Shown: piece after piece, positions 19,253 to 30,400 of the stretch
Layout of the letters: each line of letters starts with the position of its first letter
How positions within the stretch are numbered: position 1 is the first letter of the stretch
Source: Candidatus Thorarchaeota archaeon
Lineage (GTDB): Archaea; Asgardarchaeota; Thorarchaeia; Thorarchaeales; Thorarchaeaceae
Reading direction: 5' to 3'
Assembly: GCA_048884785.1 (NCBI GenBank)
Contig: JBHLQM010000001.1
Coordinates: 18,476 to 82,475, forward strand
Length of the DNA: 64,000 nt
Program-made: the position numbers and the translations under genes
The notes under the pieces: generated by a model
The model's database searches: none
What the model was told of the DNA's origin: nothing
What the model saw: only the letters and a program-made list of their open reading frames with translations

Positions 19253-22111
19253 CTAATTCAGGTCTCCATGTTTGACGCGCGGGCCATAGATTGCTGACCG
19301 AAGGTGATTACCAGTATATGACCTAGTGATATCGCAGAGTGCCTCTGGAGTTCCTGCCCCTATCAGCCAGCCGCCCTTATCTCCACCCTCAGGCCCAAGG
19401 TCAATAACATGGTCGGCGGTCTTAATCACCTCTAAGTTATGTTCAATCATGATGACTGTGTTCCCGGCATCTACGAGGCGCTTTATGACTCTCAGGAGAA
19501 TATGCACGTCGTATGCTGAGAGACCTGTAGTAGGTTCATCCAAGATGTACAAGGTATTGCCAGTGCCTCTTCGAGAAAGCTCAGAAGCCAGCTTCATGCG
19601 TTGGGCTTCTCCACCACTGAGTTGTGTAGCTGGCTGTCCCAGCTGAAGGTATCCAAGGCCAACATCATAAAGTGTTTTCAGCTTGTCCTTGATTTTTGGG
19701 ATCTCACCGAAGAAATCCAGAGCCTCATCAATTGTCATTGAGAGTACTTGATTGATATTCTTCCCCTTATACTGAATCTCAAGGGTCTCTCTATCGAATC
19801 TCTTCCCTTTGCAGACATCACACTGAATGAATACATCACTCATGAAGTGCATCTCAACAGTGATAACACCACTCCCTTTGCACTTCTCACACCTGCCAAC
19901 TCGAGTATTGAAACTGAATCGACCGGCATCAAAGCCTCTCGCCTTTGCTTCGGTCATCTTTGCAAAGAGGGTTCTTATCTCACCAAATACCTTAGTGTAA
20001 GTCGCTGGATTTGAGCGTGGTGTTCTGCCAATCGGTGACTGATCCACAAGAACAAGTCTGTCAATGTTCTCTATGCCCTCTATGGACTTGTACTTCCCAG
20101 GAGTTCCGCCAGATCCATTTAATTCTCGTGCCAGAGCCCTGTAGAGTGTTTCGTTCAGCAAGGAACTCTTTCCACTCCCTGAAACTCCCGTGACACAGAT
20201 GAACTTCCCGAGTGGAAACTCGATATCAATTCCTTTGAGATTATTCTGGCTTGCTCCCCTGAGAATGATAGACTTGCCATTTCCCTCTCTCCGATGCGTA
20301 GGAACCGGTATTTGTTTCTCGCCGGATAGGTATTGAGCTGTGAGAGATTCTTCATTTACGAGAACGTCCTGAGGTGGCCCTTGAATGATAATTTCTCCGC
20401 CATGGACACCAGCAAAGGGACCAATGTCAATTATATGGTCAGCAGCTTGAATTGTGTCTCTATCATGCTCTATGACGACCACTGTGTTGCCAAGGCTCCG
20501 GAGATTGTAGAACGTATCGATGAGTCTATTGATGTCGCGAGGGTGAAGCCCGATACTTGGCTCATCCAAACAATAAAGTACTCCAGTAAGTGCAGAGCCG
20601 ATTTGTGTGGCAAGCCTTATTCTCTGGCTCTCACCACCACTCAGGGTCATTGATAATCGGTCGAGATTCAGGTATTCAAGGCCTACAGAGAGCAGAAACT
20701 TCAACCTAGCTTTGATCTCTTTTAGTACAAGTTCGGCAATGCGCCTTTCACGTTCACTCAGCTCAATAGTCTCAAAGAAGCCATAAGCTGATTCAATTGT
20801 CATCGATGTGACCTCATCGATGGATTTGCCCGCCATTGTAACTGCAAGGCTTTCTGGTTTCAGCTTGCGTCCATTGCAACTACGACACATTGTTCTGGTA
20901 GCAAATTTATCACCAATCTGCTGAGCTCGATATTGATACCACGCTTTCGAACTACTATTTCCCTGTTCAAAGGCATTTTTCAGCCATGGTACTAGACCAA
21001 CCCACCTCCGAGAAACTTCCCAACGGGAGGTTTCACTCTCTGCGACATAAGTGATCTGTATCTCTGGCCGACCCCACAAGAATAGCTCCTTTGCGGATTC
21101 TGGTAGGTTCTTGAATGGAACATATGGGTCGAATTCGGGAACTACGTCATGAATAGCATCAATTCTTCTTAGCATCCATTTTCTGTAGTCAAAGGCTCGA
21201 GCAGCGATATCCCATGCAGATACCCCATCATCAAATACAACAAGCTCTGGTGCGATGTCAAGAGTCACACCGAGTCCATTACACTCAGGACAAGCTCCAT
21301 CAGGACGATTGTAGGAGAAGGCCTTGGGTCCGAGTTTTTCATATTGGACCCCACAGTGGGGACACATCAGTTGGTTCGCAAAAGTAAGATCCTCAACCTC
21401 TTCTCTTGAGGCAATCGCGACACCATTTCCGACCTCAAGTGCAGTTTCCAGTGAACCAATGAGACGCTCACGATTCTTCTGACCTATCTCCAAACGGTCT
21501 ACCACGACCTCAATGCTATGCTTCTTTCTGCCATCTATGTCAAGGCCTTCAATCTCCTCAATAACTCCATCAAGCCTTATCCTAGCAAAACCACTACTCA
21601 AAAGATTAGCAAGAGTGTCCTCATGTTTACCTGCCTCATCTCTAATAACAGGAGCTAGAATGTGTACTCGTTGACCTCCGTTCTCATGAAGGAGTAGACG
21701 TGCCGCTGACTCTGGAGTTAACTGTTCCATTGCCCGTGCACATTTAACACAATGCGGGATTCCGATGTTTGCATAGAGTAGCCGGAGGTAATCATGTATC
21801 TCGGTACTTGTGCCCACTGTGCTGCGTGGGTTCTTTGTACGTCCCTTCTGTTCAATAGAAATTGCTGGTGGTAAACCTGTTATTTTTTCCACTTTTGGTT
21901 TATCGAGCCTTCCCAGAAACCTGCGTGCATAGGATGATAATGATTCAACATATCTTCGCTGCCCTTCCGCGAAAATTGTGTCGAATACAAGTGTGCTCTT
22001 TCCGGATCCAGAAGGTCCAGTCACGACAACCAACCGGTCTCTAGGTATATCAACATCGACCTGTTTGAGGTTGTGCTCTTCGGCCTTTCTGACTGAAATG
22101 AAGCCAGTCAT
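19253..22111 (-). CDS. uvrA: Excinuclease ABC subunit A, paralogue 2 (952 aa)
   Basis: Two Walker A motifs (GPSGSGKST, GVSGSGKSS), AEGQRRYVESLS, LSGGE signatures, QSPIGRTPRSNPATY, Zn modules, UvrB-binding domain present. Confidence 0.95.
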   Translation of the reverse strand: MTGFISVRKAEEHNLKQVDVDIPRDRLVVVTGPSGSGKSTLVFDTIFAEGQRRYVESLSSYARRFLGRLDKPKVEKITGLPPAISIEQKGRTKNPRSTVGTSTEIHDYLRLLYANIGIPHCVKCARAMEQLTPESAARLLLHENGGQRVHILAPVIRDEAGKHEDTLANLLSSGFARIRLDGVIEEIEGLDIDGRKKHSIEVVVDRLEIGQKNRERLIGSLETALEVGNGVAIASREEVEDLTFANQLMCPHCGVQYEKLGPKAFSYNRPDGACPECNGLGVTLDIAPELVVFDDGVSAWDIAARAFDYRKWMLRRIDAIHDVVPEFDPYVPFKNLPESAKELFLWGRPEIQITYVAESETSRWEVSRRWVGLVPWLKNAFEQGNSSSKAWYQYRAQQIGDKFATRTMCRSCNGRKLKPESLAVTMAGKSIDEVTSMTIESAYGFFETIELSERERRIAELVLKEIKARLKFLLSVGLEYLNLDRLSMTLSGGESQRIRLATQIGSALTGVLYCLDEPSIGLHPRDINRLIDTFYNLRSLGNTVVVIEHDRDTIQAADHIIDIGPFAGVHGGEIIIQGPPQDVLVNEESLTAQYLSGEKQIPVPTHRREGNGKSIILRGASQNNLKGIDIEFPLGKFICVTGVSGSGKSSLLNETLYRALARELNGSGGTPGKYKSIEGIENIDRLVLVDQSPIGRTPRSNPATYTKVFGEIRTLFAKMTEAKARGFDAGRFSFNTRVGRCEKCKGSGVITVEMHFMSDVFIQCDVCKGKRFDRETLEIQYKGKNINQVLSMTIDEALDFFGEIPKIKDKLKTLYDVGLGYLQLGQPATQLSGGEAQRMKLASELSRRGTGNTLYILDEPTTGLSAYDVHILLRVIKRLVDAGNTVIMIEHNLEVIKTADHVIDLGPEGGDKGGWLIGAGTPEALCDITRSYTGNHLRSAIYGPRVKHGDLN

Positions 22112-25032
22112 GTCTTCGCCCTCCGCTCCTTTGCCTCCGTGGAGGTTGGTTCCCTATGTGGCTGAAGTATCTTCTTGAGAAATTTCCCTGTATATGAAGA
22201 CTCGATCCCAGCTATTTCCTCAGGAGACCCTGCACCAAGAAGATACCCTCCCTCATTGCCACCTTCAGGCCCTAGGTCGATCACCCAATCTGCTGTTTTG
22301 ACTACGTCCAGCTGATGCTCTATAACAAGAACTGTATTCCCCAGGTCTACAAGTCTATGAAGAACTTCTAGAAGTTTCTTGATGTCAGCGAAATGAAGTC
22401 CTGTGGTTGGTTCATCCAACATTATCAATGTCTGTCCAGTTGCAGGCCGAGAGAGGTACTTACTTAGTTTGATGCGTTGAGCTTCTCCCCCGCTCAGTGT
22501 TGTAGCAGGCTGTCCAAGCTGCACATATCCCATGCCCACCTCACATAGTGTCTGAAGTCTTCGATAGACAGAAGGAAGACCCTCAAAGAACTCTAGGGCC
22601 TCATCAATCCTCATCGCAAGAATGTCAGCGATATTCTTCCCCCTGTATCTGACCTGGAGTGTATCCTTGTTGTATCGTCTGCCCTTGCACTCTGTACATG
22701 TGACCTGCACCGGCGGAAGGAATTGCATCTCGATGATTTCTACACCCGCACCTTGGCACTTCTCACACCTACCACCCTTCACATTGAAACTGAATCTACC
22801 AGGCTTGTATCCGCGGATCTTGGACTCCGGTAGTGAAGAGAACAACTCACGAAGAGGAGACCATAGGCCTACATAGGTCGCTGGATTCGACCTGGGCGTT
22901 CTGCCAATCGGGCTCTGATCAATGACAATAACTTTGTCAAGCTGTTCTGCTCCTATTATGGCATCATGTTTTCCAGGAATGCTTTCGGCATGATGGAACC
23001 GGCGGGATAGTTCACGCTGAAGGGTCTCTACAATTAATGAAGACTTGCCGCTTCCTGAAACTCCTGTAACTGCAATAAACAATCCAAGAGGAATCTTGAC
23101 ATCAATGCTCTTGAGATTATGATGCCTTGCTCCCTTTATCTCTAGGAAACGCCCATTTGGTTCGCGACGAGTTTCGGGGATAGGTATCATGTCATCGCCC
23201 CTAAGGAACCTACCGGTAACAGAATCCTTTGATTTCAAGATGTCTTCAAGTGTCCCTGCAACAACAACTTCCCCTCCTTCTGAGCCAGCACCCGGACCGA
23301 GGTCGACAATGTAATCTGCACTGAGCATGGTTTCCTCGTCGTGTTCCACCACCAGTAGTGTATTTCCTACATCTCTGAGACGCATAAGAGACCTCAGAAG
23401 ACGTTTGTTATCTCGCGCATGCAGGCCTATACTCGGTTCATCGCAGACATATGTCACACCTACAAGATTAGACCCTATTTGGCTGGCCAGACGAATCCGC
23501 TGTGCCTCTCCTCCAGCAAGTGTTGGTGCCGTGCGATTCAATGTGAGGTATTCAAGACCTACTTCTTCAAGAAAACCGATTCTACCTTGAATCTCACGCA
23601 GAATAGGCCCTGAAACTGGTTCTAGGCGAGGATCAACTTTTGCTGAGTCGAAGAACACCTTTAGTTCCTTGATAGACATCTCATCTATATCAGAGATCGA
23701 ACGTCCATTGAAGGTCACGGCTAGTGATTCCTGACGCAGCCGTGCACCATGACAATCAGGGCACTTCTGATGCGACATGAATTTCTCAATCTCTTTTCGA
23801 CGATACTCCGACTTGGTCTGTCTGTAGAGCCTGTTCTGGCGTTCTAGCCATCCTTCGAATGGCCGCTTGAAGGTTCCTTTCCATTCAGCCTGATATTCCT
23901 CATTCTCGCCATGCCATGTAAATTCGAAAAGCCTATCACCAGAGCCATAGAGCAGTAGCTGTTTTTGCCTTTCATTCATCTCATTCCAAGGCGTGTCTAT
24001 CGTGAGACCATATTCTGATAGTATGTGGTCATACCGTCCCTCAATCATTCGCCTTGTTCTCCAGGTTTCTGTAATGAAAAGGCCTTCTCGAATTGAGGTA
24101 GTTGGGTCTTTTATGATAAGGTCAGGATCAAATTCACGAATTGTTCCGATGCCTGTACATCTAGGACAAGCTCCCTGTGGAGTGTTCCATGAGAATATCC
24201 GAGGTTCCATCTCTGGCAGACTGATACCACATTCAACACAGGCGAACTGCTCTGAGAGTGTGAGGTTCTGATTTTCTGTAGCAATCGTCACTACACGTTC
24301 CGCCATTCTTAGAGCCGTTTCAACTGCTTCAGAGATTCTGCTCCGCTCCTTCTCATCCACAGTCAACCTATCAATTACAACTTCTATGGTATGCTCGAAG
24401 TACCGATCAAGGGACATCCCTTCTTCAATGTCTTTGAGCTCACCATCAATTCTCGCCCTAATGAAGCCCTGTTTGAGGAGGTCTCTGAATTCCTTTCTAT
24501 ATTCACCCTTTCTACCGCGCACAATCGGAGCCATTATCATAATCTTGGTACCTGCATCGAGTTTCAGAACCCTATCAACAATCTGCTGTGCAGTCTGAGG
24601 TTCGATTTTCTTCCCACATTTAGGACAATGAGGTTCTCCGACTCTTGCATAAAGAAGTCGGAGGAAGTCATAGATTTCAGTGATTGTGCCTACTGTACTC
24701 CGTGGGTTACGACCAACACTCTTCTGGTCGATTGAGATCGACGGCGAAAGCCCTGACATGAAGTCTACCTTAGGTTTCTCAAGCATGCCCAAGAACTGTC
24801 GTGCATATGCTGAAAGACTCTCCACAAATCTTCGCTGTCCCTCAGCAAAAATGGTATCGAATACTAAGCTTGACTTGCCACTCCCACTAACGCCTGTTAC
24901 AACTGTTAGGCTATTCTTTGGAATTTCAACACTAATATTACGAAGGTTATGTTCAGCAGCCCCAACTACCACTATTGATCTCGGACCCTCTGAGTCCAAA
25001 TCTGAGGTGGTTGTTTTCTTTGCTGCTTTCAT
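22108..25032 (-). CDS. uvrA: Excinuclease ABC subunit A, paralogue 1 (974 aa)
   Basis: Same full UvrA motif set; ATGA overlaps with uvrB upstream and uvrA2 downstream. Confidence 0.96.
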   Translation of the reverse strand: MKAAKKTTTSDLDSEGPRSIVVVGAAEHNLRNISVEIPKNSLTVVTGVSGSGKSSLVFDTIFAEGQRRFVESLSAYARQFLGMLEKPKVDFMSGLSPSISIDQKSVGRNPRSTVGTITEIYDFLRLLYARVGEPHCPKCGKKIEPQTAQQIVDRVLKLDAGTKIMIMAPIVRGRKGEYRKEFRDLLKQGFIRARIDGELKDIEEGMSLDRYFEHTIEVVIDRLTVDEKERSRISEAVETALRMAERVVTIATENQNLTLSEQFACVECGISLPEMEPRIFSWNTPQGACPRCTGIGTIREFDPDLIIKDPTTSIREGLFITETWRTRRMIEGRYDHILSEYGLTIDTPWNEMNERQKQLLLYGSGDRLFEFTWHGENEEYQAEWKGTFKRPFEGWLERQNRLYRQTKSEYRRKEIEKFMSHQKCPDCHGARLRQESLAVTFNGRSISDIDEMSIKELKVFFDSAKVDPRLEPVSGPILREIQGRIGFLEEVGLEYLTLNRTAPTLAGGEAQRIRLASQIGSNLVGVTYVCDEPSIGLHARDNKRLLRSLMRLRDVGNTLLVVEHDEETMLSADYIVDLGPGAGSEGGEVVVAGTLEDILKSKDSVTGRFLRGDDMIPIPETRREPNGRFLEIKGARHHNLKSIDVKIPLGLFIAVTGVSGSGKSSLIVETLQRELSRRFHHAESIPGKHDAIIGAEQLDKVIVIDQSPIGRTPRSNPATYVGLWSPLRELFSSLPESKIRGYKPGRFSFNVKGGRCEKCQGAGVEIIEMQFLPPVQVTCTECKGRRYNKDTLQVRYRGKNIADILAMRIDEALEFFEGLPSVYRRLQTLCEVGMGYVQLGQPATTLSGGEAQRIKLSKYLSRPATGQTLIMLDEPTTGLHFADIKKLLEVLHRLVDLGNTVLVIEHQLDVVKTADWVIDLGPEGGNEGGYLLGAGSPEEIAGIESSYTGKFLKKILQPHREPTSTEAKERRAKT

Positions 25033-27014
25033 CCTATATTGCCTTCAATCTTCTTTCTAAACATTACAATCTGGTCTCTGAGCTTCGCTGCCTTCTCAAA
25101 CTCCAGGTTGCTGGCGGCCTCTTTCATTCTCTCTTCAAGATCAACTATGAGATCCATCATCTCTTCCGCTTCAAGAGGATCGTATTCCTCTATAGTTGCC
25201 TGTTTGAAGGTTTCCTTCGTCTTGATTCCAAGTGCAATATCATGAACATGCTTTGTTATGGAAGTGGGGATTATTCCATGTTCCTCATTGTAGTTGGTTT
25301 GATACTGCCTTCTTCGATTGGTTTCATCAATTGCAGATTGCATCGCAGCAGACGTATGGTCAGCGTACAGAATCACCCTTCCATCTGCATTCCTAGCCGC
25401 GCGACCCATTGTCTGAATGAGTGCCCAGTCAGTCCTAAGGAATCCCTCTTTGTCTGCATCCATAATCGCCACGAGTCCTACCTCTGGCAAATCCAATCCC
25501 TCTCGAAGGAGATTGATTCCTACTAATACATTGAACTTGCCCTGACGTAGTTGCCTAATAATCTCAATACGCTCCACTGTACCAATATCTGAGTGCAAGT
25601 ATCGAGCCCTGATTCCATTTTCAACAAGGTACTCGGTGAGCATCTCAGCAGTCTTCTTTGTAAGAGTTGTAACGAGAACTCGATGCCCCTGGCCAACTGT
25701 TGTGTGTATCTCCCCAATGAGGCTATCAACCTGGTTCCCCATAGGATGGAGAGTTATATCTGGATCCAGCAGTCCCGTTGGTCTTAGCAATTGCTCAACA
25801 ATCTGTTTGCTATGCTTTCGTTCATAGGGGCCGGGCGTAGCGCTGGTGTAGATTGTTCGCTTCATATACTTCGCAAATTCATCAAACTTCAGAGGTCGAT
25901 TATCCAAGGCGGAAGGTAACCGGAATCCGTAATCTACCAAGTTATTCTTCCGATGCAGATCACCATGGTACATTCCTCTAACCTGAGGGATAGTCATATG
26001 ACTCTCATCAATGATCATCAAGAATTCGTCAGGAAAATAATCTAGAAGTGTGTAGGGTTTCTGTCCAGGAGCCCTTCCATCAATCATTCGAGAGTAATTC
26101 TCAATTCCACTGCAATGTCCAGTTTCTCGAAGCATTTCTATATCAAACAGAGTTCTACGCTTTAGCCGGTCGGCCTCCACCAATTTGCCTTCTCGTCTAA
26201 ACCAATCCACACGTTCCTCCATCTCTTGTTTTATCGGGTCCAGAACCTCAAGGATGGTTTCGTATTTTGCTACATGATGTCGTGCAGGAAACAGCTCGGT
26301 CCAATCACTTGACCAAAGACGCTTTGCAGTCAAGGCTTCAAGCGCAGAAATCTTCTCTATCTTCTTTCCATCAAGTTCGATACGAATGCTGTTCTGTGAG
26401 GCAGATGGGTAGATATCGATGACATCGCCTCTGACACGGAAGACTCCTGGCTTGATCTCCAGGTCATTACGTTCATACTGCATTGAAACAAGTCGTTCAA
26501 GAAGATCACGTCTGTCAATATCCATACCGACTTCCAAATACATTCTGAAATGATCGTATGCCTCGGGATCTCCAATTCCGTAGATGCACGAAACTGATGC
26601 AACAACAAGGACGTCCTTTCGGGACCGGAGAGAGTTTGTAGTTGAATGCCGAAGACGCTCAATCTCAGCATTTATGTCAGCCTCTTTCTCGATGTACATG
26701 TCCTTACTGGGAACATACGCTTCGGGCTGGTAGTAATCGTAGTAGCTCACAAAGTATTCCACAGCATTATCCGGAAAGAATTGCTTGTATTCCGAAGCCA
26801 ACTGAGCAGCAAGTGTCTTGTTATGGGAAATAACGAGTGTGGGTATGTTGTAAGTCTCAATAACATTGGCCATAGTAAATGTCTTTCCAGAGCCCGTGAC
26901 TCCAAGAAGCGTTTGATAATCTAGTCCACTCTCAAGACCTTCTACCAACTTCTTGATTGCTTGAGGCTGATCACCAGTTGGTTTGAAAGGTGCTTCTAGT
27001 TTGAAGTCTGACAT
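25029..27014 (-). CDS. uvrB: Excinuclease ABC subunit B
   Basis: GVTGSGKT, YYDYYQPEAY beta-hairpin, DESH, GINLLREGLDLPEV, C-terminal UVR domain. Confidence 0.98.
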   Translation of the reverse strand: MSDFKLEAPFKPTGDQPQAIKKLVEGLESGLDYQTLLGVTGSGKTFTMANVIETYNIPTLVISHNKTLAAQLASEYKQFFPDNAVEYFVSYYDYYQPEAYVPSKDMYIEKEADINAEIERLRHSTTNSLRSRKDVLVVASVSCIYGIGDPEAYDHFRMYLEVGMDIDRRDLLERLVSMQYERNDLEIKPGVFRVRGDVIDIYPSASQNSIRIELDGKKIEKISALEALTAKRLWSSDWTELFPARHHVAKYETILEVLDPIKQEMEERVDWFRREGKLVEADRLKRRTLFDIEMLRETGHCSGIENYSRMIDGRAPGQKPYTLLDYFPDEFLMIIDESHMTIPQVRGMYHGDLHRKNNLVDYGFRLPSALDNRPLKFDEFAKYMKRTIYTSATPGPYERKHSKQIVEQLLRPTGLLDPDITLHPMGNQVDSLIGEIHTTVGQGHRVLVTTLTKKTAEMLTEYLVENGIRARYLHSDIGTVERIEIIRQLRQGKFNVLVGINLLREGLDLPEVGLVAIMDADKEGFLRTDWALIQTMGRAARNADGRVILYADHTSAAMQSAIDETNRRRQYQTNYNEEHGIIPTSITKHVHDIALGIKTKETFKQATIEEYDPLEAEEMMDLIVDLEERMKEAASNLEFEKAAKLRDQIVMFRKKIEGNIG

Positions 27015-27373
27015 CTACCCTGACCTCGTACACTTCGGCTCTCACCTGACGCTAAGTAACCTTTACGGTTGCTGCCATCCCTGCATAAGGAAGATGATGA
27101 CAGGTACACTAAGAGGTTTCTATCCATAATGATTCGATGCACGGGACACTCACTACCCAGAGAGATACTCGAAAGTAAACATCTTGCGAATGAACCGATA
27201 CAAGTCCTTGTAGCTCGTAAGTTCCGAGTCGTTTGTATAATTGCATTCTCAAGATAGGAATAGTGGATACCGAGGTTGAGAAGTGGGTATTCATCCATGA
27301 TAACCCATCATTTTGGAGGCATATTTGTCCTACACAATGGCATCTGATAAAAGTCTGGATAGACCGGCAATAC

Positions 27374-27412
27374 ATGAGATGAAGGAATTGCAGAGAACTT
27401 CCTTCATCTCAT
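27374..27412. terminator. Perfect 14-bp inverted repeat
   Basis: ATGAGATGAAGGAA-11 nt-TTCCTTCATCTCAT, about 30 nt beyond the stop of the 1203-aa gene; T-run follows on the + strand. Confidence 0.6.
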
Positions 27413-27441
27413 TTTTGGATAGGGTCAGTCAGATACCGGAT

Positions 27442-30400
27442 TCATGCTGAGGTCGTGGTTGCCTCGTACTGCCTTCTCCTACACACGATTATACCAACAA
27501 CGGGCAAACCAATCGCGAGTGCTGCACCTCCAAATATCAACGACCAAGGCAATCCTCCTGGTGGTGCCACCACAAACACGTTGAATTGAGGATCTGTTGC
27601 AACACTGTAGCCATCCCAGTTTTCAAAGCATGAGGTCATTATGTAGTAAGTGCCAATGTATGTACACGAACTCACAGTCATGGTATCATCATCGGTCATC
27701 TCAGAAGTACTATACATTAGTGCAAATGCAGAGAGAGGAACAGTCGAGGAATGCATGGTATAAATCCCATCGTCTTTTCCCCAGGTATAGTCATAGCCAC
27801 CCATTTGCATTGTTGCAAATGGAGATGAGCCAGGAATATTAGCACTTAGACTGAATCTATCAGCCTTAAAGCTGGTTGCATCGTCGGAAATCTGAGCCCC
27901 CTCGTAAGTTGTCATCGTGTGTGTTTCTAGTCCAGTTGTAGTTTGAAATGTCAGTGCCAACGAGTAATTGAACAAAGCCGATAATGGCTGACCATAAATT
28001 GACCAGTCTCCTACACTTTCATCAACTTTGATTCTCACCATACCCAGGTCCTGCGTCGTCACATCTCCTTGGACTTCATCGGAGATACCAAAGTGTGAGA
28101 TGAAGCTCATGTCATCGATTCGAACCTTCGAAGGAACTTGGGTGAAATTGCCGCTTGGAGATTGAATGCCATAGCAATCCTGCCACCACCAGGCGACGCC
28201 ACTTACTTCACCTCCAGATGCTGAAGCTGGATACGTTGTACCATTGATGCCTTCAGCTGTAAAGCCCCAGGAAGGAGTATCATCTAGAGCCAACTGAATT
28301 TCTCCACTATCACTCGGTTCTGGAGTCATGAAGACTAGGCTTTCTGTTTCCTCAAGTATGAAGAAATGTGTGAGCTCCTCAGCCACGGCAATCCCGTCTT
28401 CAAAGTTTACATTCAATATGCCATCTTCATTTAGATCCTCAAATAGTAGGATTCCAGAGAAGAATAGGCTTAAGTCAACGCCTGAATACTCTCCATTCAC
28501 CTCAGTGTAGAAGTCTTCAATGAAACTCACTACAAGCCATTTAAAGGTCCTATCCTCGGACCACCAGTCATATGCGGAATTCTCTGCAACAGTATCAGCC
28601 CACGTATGATTGGAAGTCAATCCTGCTAGCTGATAGTACTCCGGGATGACAACTCCATCTGTGTCCCAGATTGTTCGATTGATTTTGTCAAAAACCTGAG
28701 GAGATACAACACTCTTGTTCTCAGCATACATCCAAACATAGAGGTCTTCCCATTCATGGTGCCAAGTATACGACATCTCTCCAAATACCGAGGTCATGGA
28801 ATACGAACCCCATGTAACATTCACTGTAAGTATCTCGCCTGTTGTAGTGAAACTGTTACTAGATGTATAGATGTGATTTACATAGTATCTATCACTGGTC
28901 GTCGCATTATTGCCATCGAGATCCAATGCACGAGTAATGGGGTCGGTCATCCAGCGCTGTTCTGTTGCATACATATCCGAATAATCAGATACATATCCGA
29001 TAAGCACCCTCTGACTATTTGGATAAACTGTTTCATAGTCAAATTCATACTCCAGACTCAGGCTTTCATTAAAGAAAAGCACTTCCCAGTTGTATAAACC
29101 ATTAGGAACTGTTTCCTTCAGAGTGAGGTTGTATGCCAAGACCAAAGTGTGTGCTATAGAATCATCTTGAACACTGAACTGATTATCGCCCAGCCCTGCA
29201 AACTCTGAAGCATTGATCTTTTCGTTCAAGTATGTATATGTTTCTTCATAGGTTTCCAAGTCAATCCTGTATAGGATTGTTGAATTATATGCTTCAATAA
29301 AGGTAGTATCCTCAATACTATTATGTATCAGGTATATTCTAAATCTAGAGGCCATATTGTAATAGAAATCCTCATCATGCCAATTCTGCCAGGTCCGAGG
29401 TTTCTCAAGCAGTATAGTGACATTGGTAATCCTACTTCGGATGGCATTCCTGAAAGCATCGTCGCCTGTGATATTGATGATTGGACTATAGTATCGACCA
29501 GGTAGGATCCATCTAGAACTGGAATCCATCATGTTCTTCATAATGACTGAAGTGACTGTGTTCAAACTTGGAACAGAAAATCCCTTATCCCAGACCCTGA
29601 TCCAATAGGTACTTCCATAATTATGCATCTCGTAGACATCTTCACCTTCTGAAGTGTACGCAACAGCTTCAAACTGATAATTTCCCACTGAGCAGTTCGC
29701 TAAGAATGGTATCTTCAGTACAAACTCGATGTTGGTGCCATCAACGACTTTACTCATTGCTTCATTAAGGACATAGAAATTCGACTCTCCTTGAAGCTCT
29801 ATTGACAATCTAGCGCTAAAGTTCTCAGATAATGTTTGACTATTAAAGACCCAGTAGTAATATCCTTCACATATATCAAACTCATTTGCTTCAATGTCGT
29901 ATGTTAGCTTCACTGCACGCGTCGGTCGTGAGTCTGCAAGACTAGGACCATATGGACTGTATGCCGGATGAGGACCAGTTTGCCAAGTTTCAGAAGTTTG
30001 GTTACGGTAATAGCCCTCTGTGATTATCATCTCCTTCTTGTAATCAATATCCTGAGTATTCAAACTGAGATTATCCCACCAACCATAATCAACAGGGGGA
30101 TGTATGAAGATGGTCACATTATCATAGTTCTCGAAGCTTCCCATATCGATGTGGATTTTAACATCTGTGCCAGGAAGTATAGATGGTGTACTTTGATCAT
30201 CCATATCAGTCAGATATGCTATGAAAGGAGACAGTGTTCCAATACCCTCCATAGTAGGTTCGAGGAGTACAATGTGGCCACGGATGTCAGATTCTCCAAG
30301 ACTCATTCCTTTTGTATCATAGACAACCGAGTAGATTTCATACGTCCCTGCCAAGTCGAATATAGGATTGAGGCTTGCCTGTATTCGTACAACGTAATTG

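Noticed and set aside
19253-25032. Tandem uvrA as an assembly duplication or pseudogene
   Set aside because: The copies differ throughout at protein level, both are uninterrupted and full-length, and they are joined by a clean ATGA overlap.
24975-25526. 183-aa antisense ORF and the many other shadow ORFs in the track
   Set aside because: They overlap well-supported genes on the opposite strand or in another frame and show no recognisable motifs.
27014-27374. ORFs of 62-100 aa in the gap upstream of uvrB
   Set aside because: No motifs, mutually overlapping and without convincing SD; left unassigned.
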